The translations under genes and the position numbers were made by a program. The notes beneath the pieces were generated by a model, which had not been told where the DNA came from, did no database searches, and saw nothing but the letters and a program-made list of their open reading frames with translations. A DNA stretch of 49,086 bases. Source: Candidatus Aegiribacteria sp. (lineage in GTDB: Bacteria; Fermentibacterota; Fermentibacteria; Fermentibacterales; JCC-6). How positions within the stretch are numbered: the first letter of the stretch is position 1; every line of letters begins with the position of its first letter. Below, in pieces: positions 36,424 through 46,299 of this stretch. The stretch spans positions 1-49,086 of the forward strand of contig DAOWFD010000382.1 in assembly GCA_030638185.1 (NCBI GenBank), in the 5' to 3' direction.

Positions 36424-37644
36424 TCAGTCCGATTCATCCCCTTGGTTTTCGATGGGTTCCACTCTGACATTGAGTATCCGCTGGGCTCTTATCTGTTCAA
36501 CTGTGAACCTGTAACCTGAAAGTTCGGCTGCGTCCAGCTGGCGGGGTATTTTACCCATAAGATTGTAAATCATGCCTCCGAGACTTTCGTAACCATCATC
36601 TTCGAATGTTGTGCCAAGCAGTTCGTTAAGGTCGTCTATAGGTATGCGTGCGTCCAGAATGTAGGAGTTGCCATCGAGCTTCTTTACCAGAAGGGCTTCC
36701 TTATCGTATTCATCCAGAATCTCGCCGAAAACTTCCTCCATGATGTCTTCTATTGTTACAAGCCCCGCGGTTCCGCCGTATTCGTCAACCACAATCGCCA
36801 TGTGTATTCTGTTCGACTGAAACTCACGAAGAAGTTCATCGATCCTCTTGTACTCCGGAACAAAATATGGTTTCCTCAGAATACTTTTCAATTCAAAACT
36901 GTTAGTATCTTCTGAAAGAAGAACAAGGATATCCTTGGCGTACAACACTCCGCGGATATTGTCTATTCTTTCTTCGTATACCGGTATCCTTGAATGTCCC
37001 GCCTTTTTCAGCTCACCGACCACTTTTGACAGATCCGCATTTATTTCCACACATACAATATCGATACGGGGAACCATGACCTCTCTGATGATCTTATCGG
37101 AGAAATCAATAATGCTATCCATAAGTTCCTGCTCTTTTTCAAATTCCCCCGGATCGCCCTTCTCCCTGCGTCTTTCCAGCCAGATGACATCGGGAGGAGT
37201 GATAAGCCAGTCCGCGGAATCGGGATTATCATTCCCGCTGCTGCCGAAAATCATAAGAGCAGGTAAACGGAAGGGAAGGGAAACTATCCAGTAAGGGGTT
37301 TTCAGAAAGTATAGCAATCGAAGAGCATTCCTTTTCGCTATGAGGGAAGGCAAAATCACCGAAAGAATGAATGTAATCAGGATAAGGATGAATATTGTAA
37401 GCCAATAAGGTAATGCAACATACGAAGAAGATTTTCCCGCCAGTAGTATTGCACCCGCTCCCGCGCTGACCATGGCGGTGAAGCTCATCAGCCACAGTAT
37501 TCCAAGGTGAAAGAAGGCTATCTGTCTCCGTTCCGAAGGATCCCTGCCTTTGGAGAGGATAATCTCGGGTATGCAGGATCTAATTCCCGAGGAAACGAAC
37601 AGCACCAGAAGAGAGGCGAGGTATACAACAACGGCTGTAATCAA
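36424..37644 (-). CDS. HlyC/CorC (CNNM) family transporter with CBS and CorC domains
   Basis: N-terminal TM helices; VMVPR, HSRIPVY, VVDEYGGTAGLVTIEDI. Confidence 0.9.
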   Translation of the reverse strand: MITAVVVYLASLLVLFVSSGIRSCIPEIILSKGRDPSERRQIAFFHLGILWLMSFTAMVSAGAGAILLAGKSSSYVALPYWLTIFILILITFILSVILPSLIAKRNALRLLYFLKTPYWIVSLPFRLPALMIFGSSGNDNPDSADWLITPPDVIWLERRREKGDPGEFEKEQELMDSIIDFSDKIIREVMVPRIDIVCVEINADLSKVVGELKKAGHSRIPVYEERIDNIRGVLYAKDILVLLSEDTNSFELKSILRKPYFVPEYKRIDELLREFQSNRIHMAIVVDEYGGTAGLVTIEDIMEEVFGEILDEYDKEALLVKKLDGNSYILDARIPIDDLNELLGTTFEDDGYESLGGMIYNLMGKIPRQLDAAELSGYRFTVEQIRAQRILNVRVEPIENQGDESD

Positions 37645-38030
37645 TTCTCCACCTGCTTTCCAAGGGCAGCCGCTACAAGAGAATCAACTTCCCTGCTCAT
37701 AATACCTGCATCCTTCTCGTTACTGTGGGAATATCCTTTAAGGTGCAGGTAGCCATGAAAGATTCGCTCAAGCAATGCTTCCATGGGAGGGAACAGCCGC
37801 ACGTCAGCATAGATCGTACCCTCAGGCCTGTCCTCTTCCCTTAAAGCCAGATCAAAAGAAAGAACATCAGTGGCTCTGTCAATATGGCGGTACTCTCTAT
37901 TGAGTACCCTGAGATAACCCGGATCAGTCAGAACAACCTCAACACAACCCTCCATCAGATTATCGATCAGACTCTTTATTTCTTCCGCACTGAATCCTGC
38001 ATTTTCAACGATTATGCTGACGTCAGCCAT
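37641..38030 (-). CDS. ybeY: rRNA maturation endoribonuclease YbeY
   Basis: LNREYR, TDVLSF, HGYLHLKGYSH (H3xH5xH). Confidence 0.92.
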   Translation of the reverse strand: MADVSIIVENAGFSAEEIKSLIDNLMEGCVEVVLTDPGYLRVLNREYRHIDRATDVLSFDLALREEDRPEGTIYADVRLFPPMEALLERIFHGYLHLKGYSHSNEKDAGIMSREVDSLVAAALGKQVEN

Positions 38031-40038
38031 TTGAATCACCTATTGGATAATCGTTTACCCTCTTGTAGAATTTACTTTCGAGAACAGATGTGAACACCTT
38101 TACAATGGTCTTGAGGTTTCTTCTGGTAAGATGACAGTCGTCAAGTTCACCCTCAAGGTCTTTTTCATCTACAACCCTTGCAACCAGTTCAGCTACTCCT
38201 TCGGGAGAAGCCAGATTCTTGGTGAAGGATGCCGTCTGGTCAGCAAGCAGTACCAGAGCCGCCTCTATAGTTGAAGGTCTTGGACCCGTATAGGAGAAAT
38301 CGCTTTTCTTTATACTTTTTGGGTCACATGATTCCTGCAGTGCCTTACTATAAAAGTATTTAGTAAGACTTACCCCGTGATGCTGCTGTATAATATGAAT
38401 AACTGCTCTGGGAAGTTTCGCCTTTTCTGCCAATTCCACGCCGTCTTTCACGTGTGCGATGATCTTTCTTGCACTTACCCACGGGTTCATGCTGTCATGG
38501 GGGTTCTCCATGTTTTGCTGGTTTTCTATAAACATCTCAGGAGCAGCCATCTTTCCAATATCGTGGAAATATCCACCTGCGGAAGCGAGTGATTCCCAGG
38601 CATTGATAGCTCCCGCTGCGCGACCAGCAAGCTCAGCGACGGTTTGAGAGTGATTCCATGTTCCGGGGGCAACCTCCCTCATCTGTTTTAGAAGAGGATG
38701 ATCAGTTTTGTTAACTTCATCAATGGAAAGGACCGTATAGACTCCGAAAATCCTCTCGAAAAGGAATAGAAGCGCGTGTGCGGAACCTATACCGACAACT
38801 GGAACAAGCAGAAGCCCAAGAATAGATTCCGTCATGGATGATGAATATAGAGACGTGTTAAGCATGTGCAGAAGAAGATAAACGCAAACACCACCCACTG
38901 CCGACAGGCCTATAGCAACAGGAACGCTGCGCCTTTCCCTTACATCCCATACGGTAAGAGAGGCCAGAATTCCTGAAACTGCTGAAATAAGTACTATGGA
39001 GTAGGGATGAGGATGAACAAGACCGAGAAGCATGGAGAAGATCAGAGTAAAAAAGACCGCGTGCCTTCTGTGAAAGAAAATACTGGTCAAGGCCGCTCCG
39101 AATGTGACCATGGATGCACAGGGGAAACTGGCACTATTCTTAAGAGCCAGCCATAGAGTTCCGGTGGTTGCAAGAGATATTATCCATATCACGCCGAGAA
39201 GAAGAAATCTGTTGGCTGCTTGCCATGTATCCGGCATGATGTCATGAATGTAGAAGAATACTATTCCAGTCATTATAAATGCAAGAAGAAGAAGACTTAA
39301 TACACGCTTGAACCGACGGTTTTCCATGGCGGTATTCTTCAGGTGATCCAGGTATTCGATAGTTCTCGAAGTCACCTGCTCATTCGCTTCCAAAAGGACA
39401 CTTCCCGCTGTTATCGTTGTATCGATATTACTGAGTCCGGCAACGGCTGTCTCCGCGTTTGCCTGCCTGGAAGAGTCGTTCACTATGAGGTTGGGCCGAA
39501 GAATGGAGGATATCTCAGCTTGATCATCGCCGGGGAAATCCCATCTCGCCATTCTTATTTCAAGAATATCCCTTACATCCTCTATTTCATTGATATCGAA
39601 AAGCTGCCTGTCCTCTGTTCCGGAGGAGCCAAGGAGAACAGCTTGTTCTCCATCGTAATGCTCACGAACATCATCCAGGCTGAACACACCCTCTTCGTAA
39701 ATCGATTGCAGTTCCTCAACCATGCCCCTTGCAAAAGAGGAATCGTAGGTGGCGAGAAGCAGCATGGGATAGAGCCTGTTCTTCAGGGACTGCCAGACCT
39801 CCTGGTCAAACTTCAGATGTACCGGTATGGATTCAAGCATCGCGTCTCGGATTTCATCGAATACCTCCTCGTGATACGGAAGGTCGAAGTCGACGGGAGC
39901 AACTATATCATGAGGGAGGGTCTGGCCGACACTAAGCTCAAGATCAATAATTTGTTTGTCAGGCATGAAAAACAGATAGAAGGTGCCGATGAATATAGCC
40001 GCAACAAGGCTCCCACTGAGTAAATTACTGGTTTTCAT
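38023..40038 (-). CDS. 7TM-HD (HDIG) membrane phosphodiesterase, PgpH-like
   Basis: Extracytoplasmic domain, multiple TM helices, APGTWNHS, FHDIGK, FIENQ, QHHG. Confidence 0.9.
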   Translation of the reverse strand: MKTSNLLSGSLVAAIFIGTFYLFFMPDKQIIDLELSVGQTLPHDIVAPVDFDLPYHEEVFDEIRDAMLESIPVHLKFDQEVWQSLKNRLYPMLLLATYDSSFARGMVEELQSIYEEGVFSLDDVREHYDGEQAVLLGSSGTEDRQLFDINEIEDVRDILEIRMARWDFPGDDQAEISSILRPNLIVNDSSRQANAETAVAGLSNIDTTITAGSVLLEANEQVTSRTIEYLDHLKNTAMENRRFKRVLSLLLLAFIMTGIVFFYIHDIMPDTWQAANRFLLLGVIWIISLATTGTLWLALKNSASFPCASMVTFGAALTSIFFHRRHAVFFTLIFSMLLGLVHPHPYSIVLISAVSGILASLTVWDVRERRSVPVAIGLSAVGGVCVYLLLHMLNTSLYSSSMTESILGLLLVPVVGIGSAHALLFLFERIFGVYTVLSIDEVNKTDHPLLKQMREVAPGTWNHSQTVAELAGRAAGAINAWESLASAGGYFHDIGKMAAPEMFIENQQNMENPHDSMNPWVSARKIIAHVKDGVELAEKAKLPRAVIHIIQQHHGVSLTKYFYSKALQESCDPKSIKKSDFSYTGPRPSTIEAALVLLADQTASFTKNLASPEGVAELVARVVDEKDLEGELDDCHLTRRNLKTIVKVFTSVLESKFYKRVNDYPIGDSNG

Positions 40039-40099
40039 TATGCAGCAAACTGCCGGAGGATAGTCCGGAAGAAGAAAACTGGAAACCCGGAATCAGCAG

Positions 40100-41056
40100 T
40101 CATCTGTACACCTTTCCGTCTTCATCTCGTTTAAAAGCTGAAATAATGCTCTGTACAAGCGGATGTCTTACTACATCTTCCTGATCAAGGTATGTGAACT
40201 CTATGCCCTCTATACCCGAAAGAATCCTTCTTATTACAACTAGCCCCGAAGATGAGGGTGGGGTGATATCTATCTGGGTTATGTCACCTGTAATAATCGC
40301 CCTTGAGCTATATCCCAGCCTTGTAATAAACATTTTCAGCTGGGTTATTGAGGTGTTCTGAGCTTCATCGAGGATAACAAAGGCGTTGTTCAGGGTTCTT
40401 CCACGCATATATGCGAGGGGAGCGACTTCGATAATCCGATTATCTAAGGATCGTCGAACTCTAGCAGGTGATAAAGTGTCATCCAACGCATCGTATACCG
40501 GTTTCAGATAAGGGTCTATCTTCTGTTGAAGGTCTCCCGGGAGGAACCCCAGTTTTTCTCCCGCTTCAACAGCAGGTCTTGAAATGATTATTTTGTCAAC
40601 TTCACCGTCGGTAAGGGCAGCCACAGCGCTGGCAACAGCAAGGTAAGTCTTTCCGGTACCCGCCGGACCAATACAGAATACCAGTTCAGAATTCCTGATT
40701 GCACGCAGGTACTTCTCCTGCCCGGAGGTTTTCGGAAGTATCCGCCCCGCACGCCCCGGAACGGAGAGTTCAAGAGATATGTCATGATTTTCAGGAAAAC
40801 TCAATGCGGCGTCAACACTGTGATCACTCAGGTTGCCGGAGGCTATCAGTTCATGCTCTAGCCTTAAAATAACCGTTTTTGCCTTCTCAACTGATCTTCC
40901 GCTGTTGCCGGAAATATAAAGGCTGCCGTCTCTGTAAATGGCTTTTACGTCAAGTTTTTTGCAGATATACCTGAGGTTGCTGTCTCCACTACCAAATATC
41001 TTGCTCGCGGATTCTCTGGAAAGGTCTATTTTCGCGTCTATTGAATGATCCTGCAT
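40100..41056 (-). CDS. phoH: PhoH family ATPase
   Basis: GPAGTGKTY, RPAVEAGEKLGFLPG, YMRGRT, DEAQN, VVRHPLV. Confidence 0.95.
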   Translation of the reverse strand: MQDHSIDAKIDLSRESASKIFGSGDSNLRYICKKLDVKAIYRDGSLYISGNSGRSVEKAKTVILRLEHELIASGNLSDHSVDAALSFPENHDISLELSVPGRAGRILPKTSGQEKYLRAIRNSELVFCIGPAGTGKTYLAVASAVAALTDGEVDKIIISRPAVEAGEKLGFLPGDLQQKIDPYLKPVYDALDDTLSPARVRRSLDNRIIEVAPLAYMRGRTLNNAFVILDEAQNTSITQLKMFITRLGYSSRAIITGDITQIDITPPSSSGLVVIRRILSGIEGIEFTYLDQEDVVRHPLVQSIISAFKRDEDGKVYR

Positions 41057-41075
41057 TCAGTAAGTTCTTTCAGAT

Positions 41076-41114
41076 AAAAGGAAGACTCTCCACAATAACT
41101 GTGAAGAGCCCTCC
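41076..41114 (-). terminator. Intrinsic terminator after the LysM gene
   Basis: Minus strand GGAGGGCTCTTCACA-GTTAT-TGTGGAGAGTCTTCC-TTTT. Confidence 0.8.
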
Positions 41115-41130
41115 ATATCCGCTGATAATT

Positions 41131-41805
41131 CTAGCGTGATCCTCCAAAACCCCCAGAACGGGGTATATCAAGAACCTGTCCTGGGTAGATCAGATTAGGA
41201 TCTCTAATTACACTGCGATTAGCTTCGTAAAGCTGAGGCCACATGCCTCTGTCGCCGTAAACTCTGCTGTATCCGGCAATCTTACCGAGGAAATCGCCCT
41301 CGATGACTGTGTAACGGCTGAGCATAGGCAATGGTAACCAGAGAGTATGCCCTGCGTAGATCAGGTTGGGATCGCTGATGGTGTCGCGGTTGCGTTCGTA
41401 GATGGCAGGCCACTGCGAACCATCACCGTAGTTGTAGTGATAGGATGCTATTAACCAGAGACATTCTCCATCAAGAATAGTATGCTGCACACCGGCGCCA
41501 CGAAGGCGTGTGATCTCTGCCCTGAGGGCATTGATCTCGGCTGTAAGCTCCGCTATCCGTGTGTTAAGTGTATCACGTATGTCGCGAAGAGGAAAAACTT
41601 GAGGTTCGAGCTCTGCTATACGAGCATCTGCCTCGGCCTTTCTCCATTCCCAGTACGCGATCTGAAGATGAATGTCATCATCTCCCATTGCTTCGATTTC
41701 AGCTTGTGAATACGCTGAAAGCTCCTCGGCTGTCCAGGTCTTAGCGAGACCCGTTGATGCAAGGCCGAGGCAAATCATCAGAGCTAATACTAGTGTACGC
41801 TTCAT
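41131..41805 (-). CDS. Secreted coiled-coil protein with two LysM domains
   Basis: Signal peptide, heptad-repeat segment, two LysM repeats (HTILDGECLWLIA...DPNLIYAG and YTVIEGDFLGKIA...DPNLIYPGQ). Confidence 0.9.
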   Translation of the reverse strand: MKRTLVLALMICLGLASTGLAKTWTAEELSAYSQAEIEAMGDDDIHLQIAYWEWRKAEADARIAELEPQVFPLRDIRDTLNTRIAELTAEINALRAEITRLRGAGVQHTILDGECLWLIASYHYNYGDGSQWPAIYERNRDTISDPNLIYAGHTLWLPLPMLSRYTVIEGDFLGKIAGYSRVYGDRGMWPQLYEANRSVIRDPNLIYPGQVLDIPRSGGFGGSR

Positions 41806-41823
41806 TGTTTTCCCCTTTCCTTG

Positions 41824-42096
41824 CTATCGGCTTCCGCCGCCGAGTGCATAATATTCCTGCTGAAGTTCAGCGAGTTCTGCTTCAAGAGCTGCTACCTGTT
41901 CCTGCTTTGCAGTGATTTCACCAGGAAGATTCACGAGTTCTTCCTCAAGCCCATCAGCCCTTACTTCAGCAGCGAGAGCCGCTGAACGGGCATCATCTCT
42001 TGCTTGAAGTTCCGCAGCGCTGGGTCCACAAGCTGCCATAAGCAGAGACACGCTCAGGAGTCCAAGACAGAACCATTTTGTTCTCGTCTTGAGCAT
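41824..42096 (-). CDS. Small coiled-coil lipoprotein
   Basis: GAGGAGG RBS, MAAC lipobox, 68-aa Ala/Glu/Leu-rich heptad mature region. Confidence 0.85.
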   Translation of the reverse strand: MLKTRTKWFCLGLLSVSLLMAACGPSAAELQARDDARSAALAAEVRADGLEEELVNLPGEITAKQEQVAALEAELAELQQEYYALGGGSR

Positions 42097-42198
42097 ACCT
42101 GGTACCTCCTCTCGATTTCATTCGGTTTGGGTTATTTACAAAAATACAAAAGTACGCATACATTTTCATATACTCGTACGGCTGGACACCAATATAGA

Positions 42199-42226
42199 AT
42201 CTTAACGAAAACGGAATAGATGTCAA
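42199..42226 (-). promoter_or_regulatory. Sigma70-type promoter for the lipoprotein-LysM bicistron
   Basis: Minus strand TTGACA (42226-42221), 16 bp, TAAGAT (42204-42199). Confidence 0.55.
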
Positions 42227-42244
42227 GAAGAATCCGCAGGATGT

Positions 42245-42628
42245 TCAACCGTTCTTCTTGAACTCCTTCCGATACCATAAATATAATGAAAGACCAAGTG
42301 CAAGTCCCGCAATATCTGCGAGCAGATCTCCAGCTGAGCAATCTCTCCCCGGAATGAAACTCTGGTGTATCTCATCGCTGATAGCATAAATGATCCCAGA
42401 GACAAACATGACCGTAACAGGATAGAATCTCCTGCAGAGATCGCGGTTTACAATCATGGAAATAGATAGAAGAAAATACATCCCTGCGTGAAGGACTTTA
42501 TCCTGATGTGTAAAAAGCGGAGGAATCACTTTCAATGATGGCTGATGGCTGAGGTAGAATATTCCTCCAAGCATAAATAACAGAAAGCCTCTTTTCGCTG
42601 CCGCTTGTAGAAGAAACCTCGCTTTCAT
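42245..42628 (-). CDS. VanZ family membrane protein
   Basis: IFYLS, DKVLHAGMY, DEIHQSFIPGR, DLLAD. Confidence 0.9.
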   Translation of the reverse strand: MKARFLLQAAAKRGFLLFMLGGIFYLSHQPSLKVIPPLFTHQDKVLHAGMYFLLSISMIVNRDLCRRFYPVTVMFVSGIIYAISDEIHQSFIPGRDCSAGDLLADIAGLALGLSLYLWYRKEFKKNG

Positions 42629-44664
42629 CAGTTTTTCTCCGATCCGGAAAGACCGATCTTTCTTACAATGTAGGTGCCTGGGCCGGCTGCCCGGGCATCA
42701 TATACAGCTTTCTCAGCCTCTCCGGTGAGCAGCAGAACCTTTCTGTTAACGTGGGTGTAGATACTTCCAATTGAAGCGGAAACCGATACAGAGGAATCAG
42801 ATATCTTTCCCTTGAATTCGAATGAAAGGGCATCTGCTGCCCTCTGACTCATAGCTTCCATCACCGCTTTCCCTGCCTTTGGAATGCAGGCAGCGAAACT
42901 GTCAGATCCTGTCCTGGCAATGAACACATCATCTGAGAAACAGTTACGGAAACGTACAGCAACATCCATCAACAGACGATCTCCCTCGCCGTAACCAAGC
43001 TTTCGATTTATCGTATCAAAACCATCGATGTCCGCCACAATTATGCCTACGTACCAGCCGTATGTCTGCACTTCCACTGCCATATGGTGAAGGTGCCTGT
43101 CCAGAAGGGTTATGCCCGGAAGACCTGTAAGCGTATCCCTGCCTGAGATATTCTTGAACCTGTGCCTCAGCCCGGCAAGCTCCTCCCTCATAGAGAACAT
43201 TCCCGCTGCTGCCAGGAGAATTACTTCGTGATACTGCATAAACGCATTATCGTCTTCATGCTCGGCCATTATCAGAGCGATAACTTCTTTCTCCCTGATA
43301 ACAGGGACTCCCATACAGCTTCCTGCCCCGTCATGCATACCCGATTCGATGGAGAACGCATGCACATTCTTTCCGCCATACCTTATTCTCGAGCGTCTGC
43401 AGGAGACCCTGTTCTTTAAAATCCATCCGGCCATTCCCGCGGAACTGTCGAAGACCTTTCCCCCCCGCAACCTCGCAAGAGGTCCCCTGGAAACCCATAC
43501 CCTTGTTCTGCCGTGCATGCTGTCAACGTCCGCTATTGAAATCGTTGAATTGGGCATTAATTCCGAGAGGATCCCTGCCAGTCCCTGTACAGTTTTGTCC
43601 AGACTGTTCTCATTGCATGCGGTAATAAGCTTTAACATCCACGAGAATTCATCCCCCATGGGGAAAGCCTCTTTGCTGCATGTTCCATGAAGAATTCCTG
43701 AGAGATTCTCCAGGTCGGAGATAATACCGTCAGACGGTCTATTCCCCGAAAAATCCTGCAGAAGAAAACCTTCGAGCGTTCTCTCTCCTCTCAGAGGGCA
43801 CAGGAGGATCCAGAGAGAGCCCTCATCCTCCGTCCCGGGAAAACGGTACGGTGAAAGTTCCGAACGTTCTTTTCTTGAGTTCGCTCTGATGATAACAGTT
43901 TCTCTGCTGTTATCCGCGATTCTCGTCAGTCTGTGCTTTGCAGGAAGCATGAACCTGGAAATAACGATTTTATCCCCAGCCACATGCTCAGCAAGCCGGA
44001 AAAACCCATCATCGTTTCGTGTGAACAGACAGGTTGAATCAGCTTTGCTGTTCTTATGTATTATCTGAAGAAGCGGATAGAGAGCGCCTGAAGCTGTGGA
44101 TGGCGAATCCTTATCCCCTTTCCCGTTCTTGTCCTTCTCCCTCGAGTAAGCTGAATCCCAGGAATAGGATTCCCTCTCCATCAGCCAGTCAGATGCCAGA
44201 CCGAAAAGGAAAGGAACAAGAAGTGCCTTCAAAGCCGGAAGGAGTAATGGAATAAGCCTGGAGATGAGGGATTCTCCCCCTGTCCAGATAGAGGCATTGA
44301 GAAGGGAGAATGCTTCAATAAAGCCTATAACAAGGCCCAGCTCAGTTGCCAGCCCTCCATTCGAGGGCAGCGATGCCCACATAAGAAAGAGTAGATAGGC
44401 TGAATAGAAAATGCTGCTGGAACCTCCTGTAAGCTGGATGCTTACAAGAAGACCTGCGCAGATCCAGTAGAACATGATTCTGCCTTCAATCCTCTTCTGA
44501 GCCAGCTGTGCGAGCGCTGCTGAAAACAACAGCAGGCCCGTACCAAGCAAAAGGAGAACAGGATCAGTGACGCACGATCCGCTACTTCGGAATCTGCCCG
44601 AAGCCAGCACAAGAAACAGTACCAGCAGGGCAGCATACCCGGCAATTCTCAGGATTCTTAAAAT
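42628..44664 (-). CDS. Membrane protein with GAF-like domains and a degenerate GGDEF domain (start uncertain)
   Basis: N-terminal TM helices; DTLTGLP, DIDGFDTIN...GYGEGD, ARTGSDSF, SASIG. Confidence 0.8.
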   Translation of the reverse strand: MLRILRIAGYAALLVLFLVLASGRFRSSGSCVTDPVLLLLGTGLLLFSAALAQLAQKRIEGRIMFYWICAGLLVSIQLTGGSSSIFYSAYLLFLMWASLPSNGGLATELGLVIGFIEAFSLLNASIWTGGESLISRLIPLLLPALKALLVPFLFGLASDWLMERESYSWDSAYSREKDKNGKGDKDSPSTASGALYPLLQIIHKNSKADSTCLFTRNDDGFFRLAEHVAGDKIVISRFMLPAKHRLTRIADNSRETVIIRANSRKERSELSPYRFPGTEDEGSLWILLCPLRGERTLEGFLLQDFSGNRPSDGIISDLENLSGILHGTCSKEAFPMGDEFSWMLKLITACNENSLDKTVQGLAGILSELMPNSTISIADVDSMHGRTRVWVSRGPLARLRGGKVFDSSAGMAGWILKNRVSCRRSRIRYGGKNVHAFSIESGMHDGAGSCMGVPVIREKEVIALIMAEHEDDNAFMQYHEVILLAAAGMFSMREELAGLRHRFKNISGRDTLTGLPGITLLDRHLHHMAVEVQTYGWYVGIIVADIDGFDTINRKLGYGEGDRLLMDVAVRFRNCFSDDVFIARTGSDSFAACIPKAGKAVMEAMSQRAADALSFEFKGKISDSSVSVSASIGSIYTHVNRKVLLLTGEAEKAVYDARAAGPGTYIVRKIGLSGSEKN

Positions 44665-44981
44665 GTCCGTTTCTCCATAGTGTTGTTTTTCATTCTATTT
44701 CACGGGTATTTAGTAGATACGAATATGTGAAAATGGAAGGTTGTCGTCCCAACGAGATAAACTATGATGTCCCGCAGGGGGTTGACGATAAGGAGAAAAT
44801 TTCAGATTAATATATCGGTTATATGGAAACCGTCGAAAGATCCCCTGATACCGTTCAGCTCATAAACTATTAAAGTCTGAGAATAAATAGCTTTCAAGAA
44901 TATACAGCACCGCGCCGGATTTCTTAGCTGGTGCTTTCGAATCATGTATTTTACTGGTCAAACCCAAACTGAAGAGGACGA

Positions 44982-46262
44982 ATGAGCAGAAAACCACTGC
45001 CCGGATTATCGCAGACTGATTTTGAAGGAATGACTCTTGTTGAACTTCAGGTCCTGGCAAAGGAGAAAGGACTCGAAAGAGTAACTGGAATCAGAAAAAA
45101 AGACATTATAGTAAAACTGCTTGAAATAAAGACGGAGAGAAACGGTCTGGAGTTTTCAACGGGTGTCCTGGAAGTCCTTTCAGAGGGATACGGATTTCTT
45201 AGATCCAATGAAGGAAGTTATCTGCCCTCATCCACGGATATTTATGTTTCTCCATCCCAGATCAAGCGTTTTAACCTGAACACGGGAGATACTGTTTCAG
45301 GACAGGTGAGGAAACCAAAAAACGGAGAGAAGTACCTTGCCCTTCTCAGGATCGAGAGTGTTAACGAGAAAAGTCTTGAAGAGCTTAAGGGTAGGCCAAC
45401 GTTTGACAGTCTTACCCCTTACTATCCGGAAGAGCGATTTTTACTCGAGACAACTCCGGATAACATGTCCGGCAGGATACTTGATCTTCTTGCCCCCGTA
45501 GGCAAGGGACAGAGGGCTTTGATAGTGTCTCCTCCCAGAGCCGGTAAGACCATACTGCTTCAGCATCTGGCAAACAGCATATCAGCTAACCATCCCGACA
45601 CCAGACTCATGATTCTCCTCATTGATGAACGCCCTGAAGAAGTTACGGACATGAGAAGAAATGTGAATGGTGAGGTTATCGCATCCACATTCGATGAAAA
45701 CCCGAAAAGACATATCCAGATAGCCGATATGGTTCTCTCGAAAGCCAAGCGACTTGTTGAGAGCGGATACGATGTTGTAATTCTTCTGGATTCCATTACA
45801 AGGCTTGCAAGGGCAAACAATCAGGTTATGCCCCATTCAGGCAAGATCCTTTCAGGAGGAGTAGACTCCAACGCTCTTCAGAAACCGAAGAGATTCTTCG
45901 GTGCGGCAAGGAATATTGTTGATGGAGGAAGCCTTACCATAATAGGGACAGCTCTGGTGGATACCGGAAGCAGAATGGATGAGGTTATATTCGAGGAATT
46001 CAAAGGCACGGGCAATTCTGAAATAGTACTTGACAGGCGTCTTGCGGATAGAAGAATTTGGCCTGCCATCGATATAACAAAATCAGGCACCCGGAAGGAA
46101 GAGCTTCTGGTTGATGAAGAAAGCCTGAGCAGAATATGGATCATGAGGAAGATCCTTGTTGATATGAACCCGGTTGAAGCCATGGAAGTCTTGAAGAAAC
46201 AGCTCTCGAAGCATAAATCGAACAAGAGGTTCCTTGACGCAATGGGTACAATGTCAGAATGA
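44982..46262 (+). CDS. rho: Transcription termination factor Rho
   Basis: [48 protein letters not shown]. Confidence 0.98.
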   Translation: MSRKPLPGLSQTDFEGMTLVELQVLAKEKGLERVTGIRKKDIIVKLLEIKTERNGLEFSTGVLEVLSEGYGFLRSNEGSYLPSSTDIYVSPSQIKRFNLNTGDTVSGQVRKPKNGEKYLALLRIESVNEKSLEELKGRPTFDSLTPYYPEERFLLETTPDNMSGRILDLLAPVGKGQRALIVSPPRAGKTILLQHLANSISANHPDTRLMILLIDERPEEVTDMRRNVNGEVIASTFDENPKRHIQIADMVLSKAKRLVESGYDVVILLDSITRLARANNQVMPHSGKILSGGVDSNALQKPKRFFGAARNIVDGGSLTIIGTALVDTGSRMDEVIFEEFKGTGNSEIVLDRRLADRRIWPAIDITKSGTRKEELLVDEESLSRIWIMRKILVDMNPVEAMEVLKKQLSKHKSNKRFLDAMGTMSE

Positions 46263-46299
46263 TAGCACTTATTCTGCTTGATGACATGGAGGAAGTAAA

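Noticed and set aside
36405..36426. Selenocysteine readthrough of the corC TGA
   Set aside because: The hairpin is too small and too close to the TGA for a bacterial SECIS, and CorC is complete at this stop
36410..44780. 11-bp match TCCCGCAGGGG upstream of recO (36410-36420) and rho (44770-44780)
   Set aside because: Short, in opposite orientation relative to the two genes, and compatible with chance
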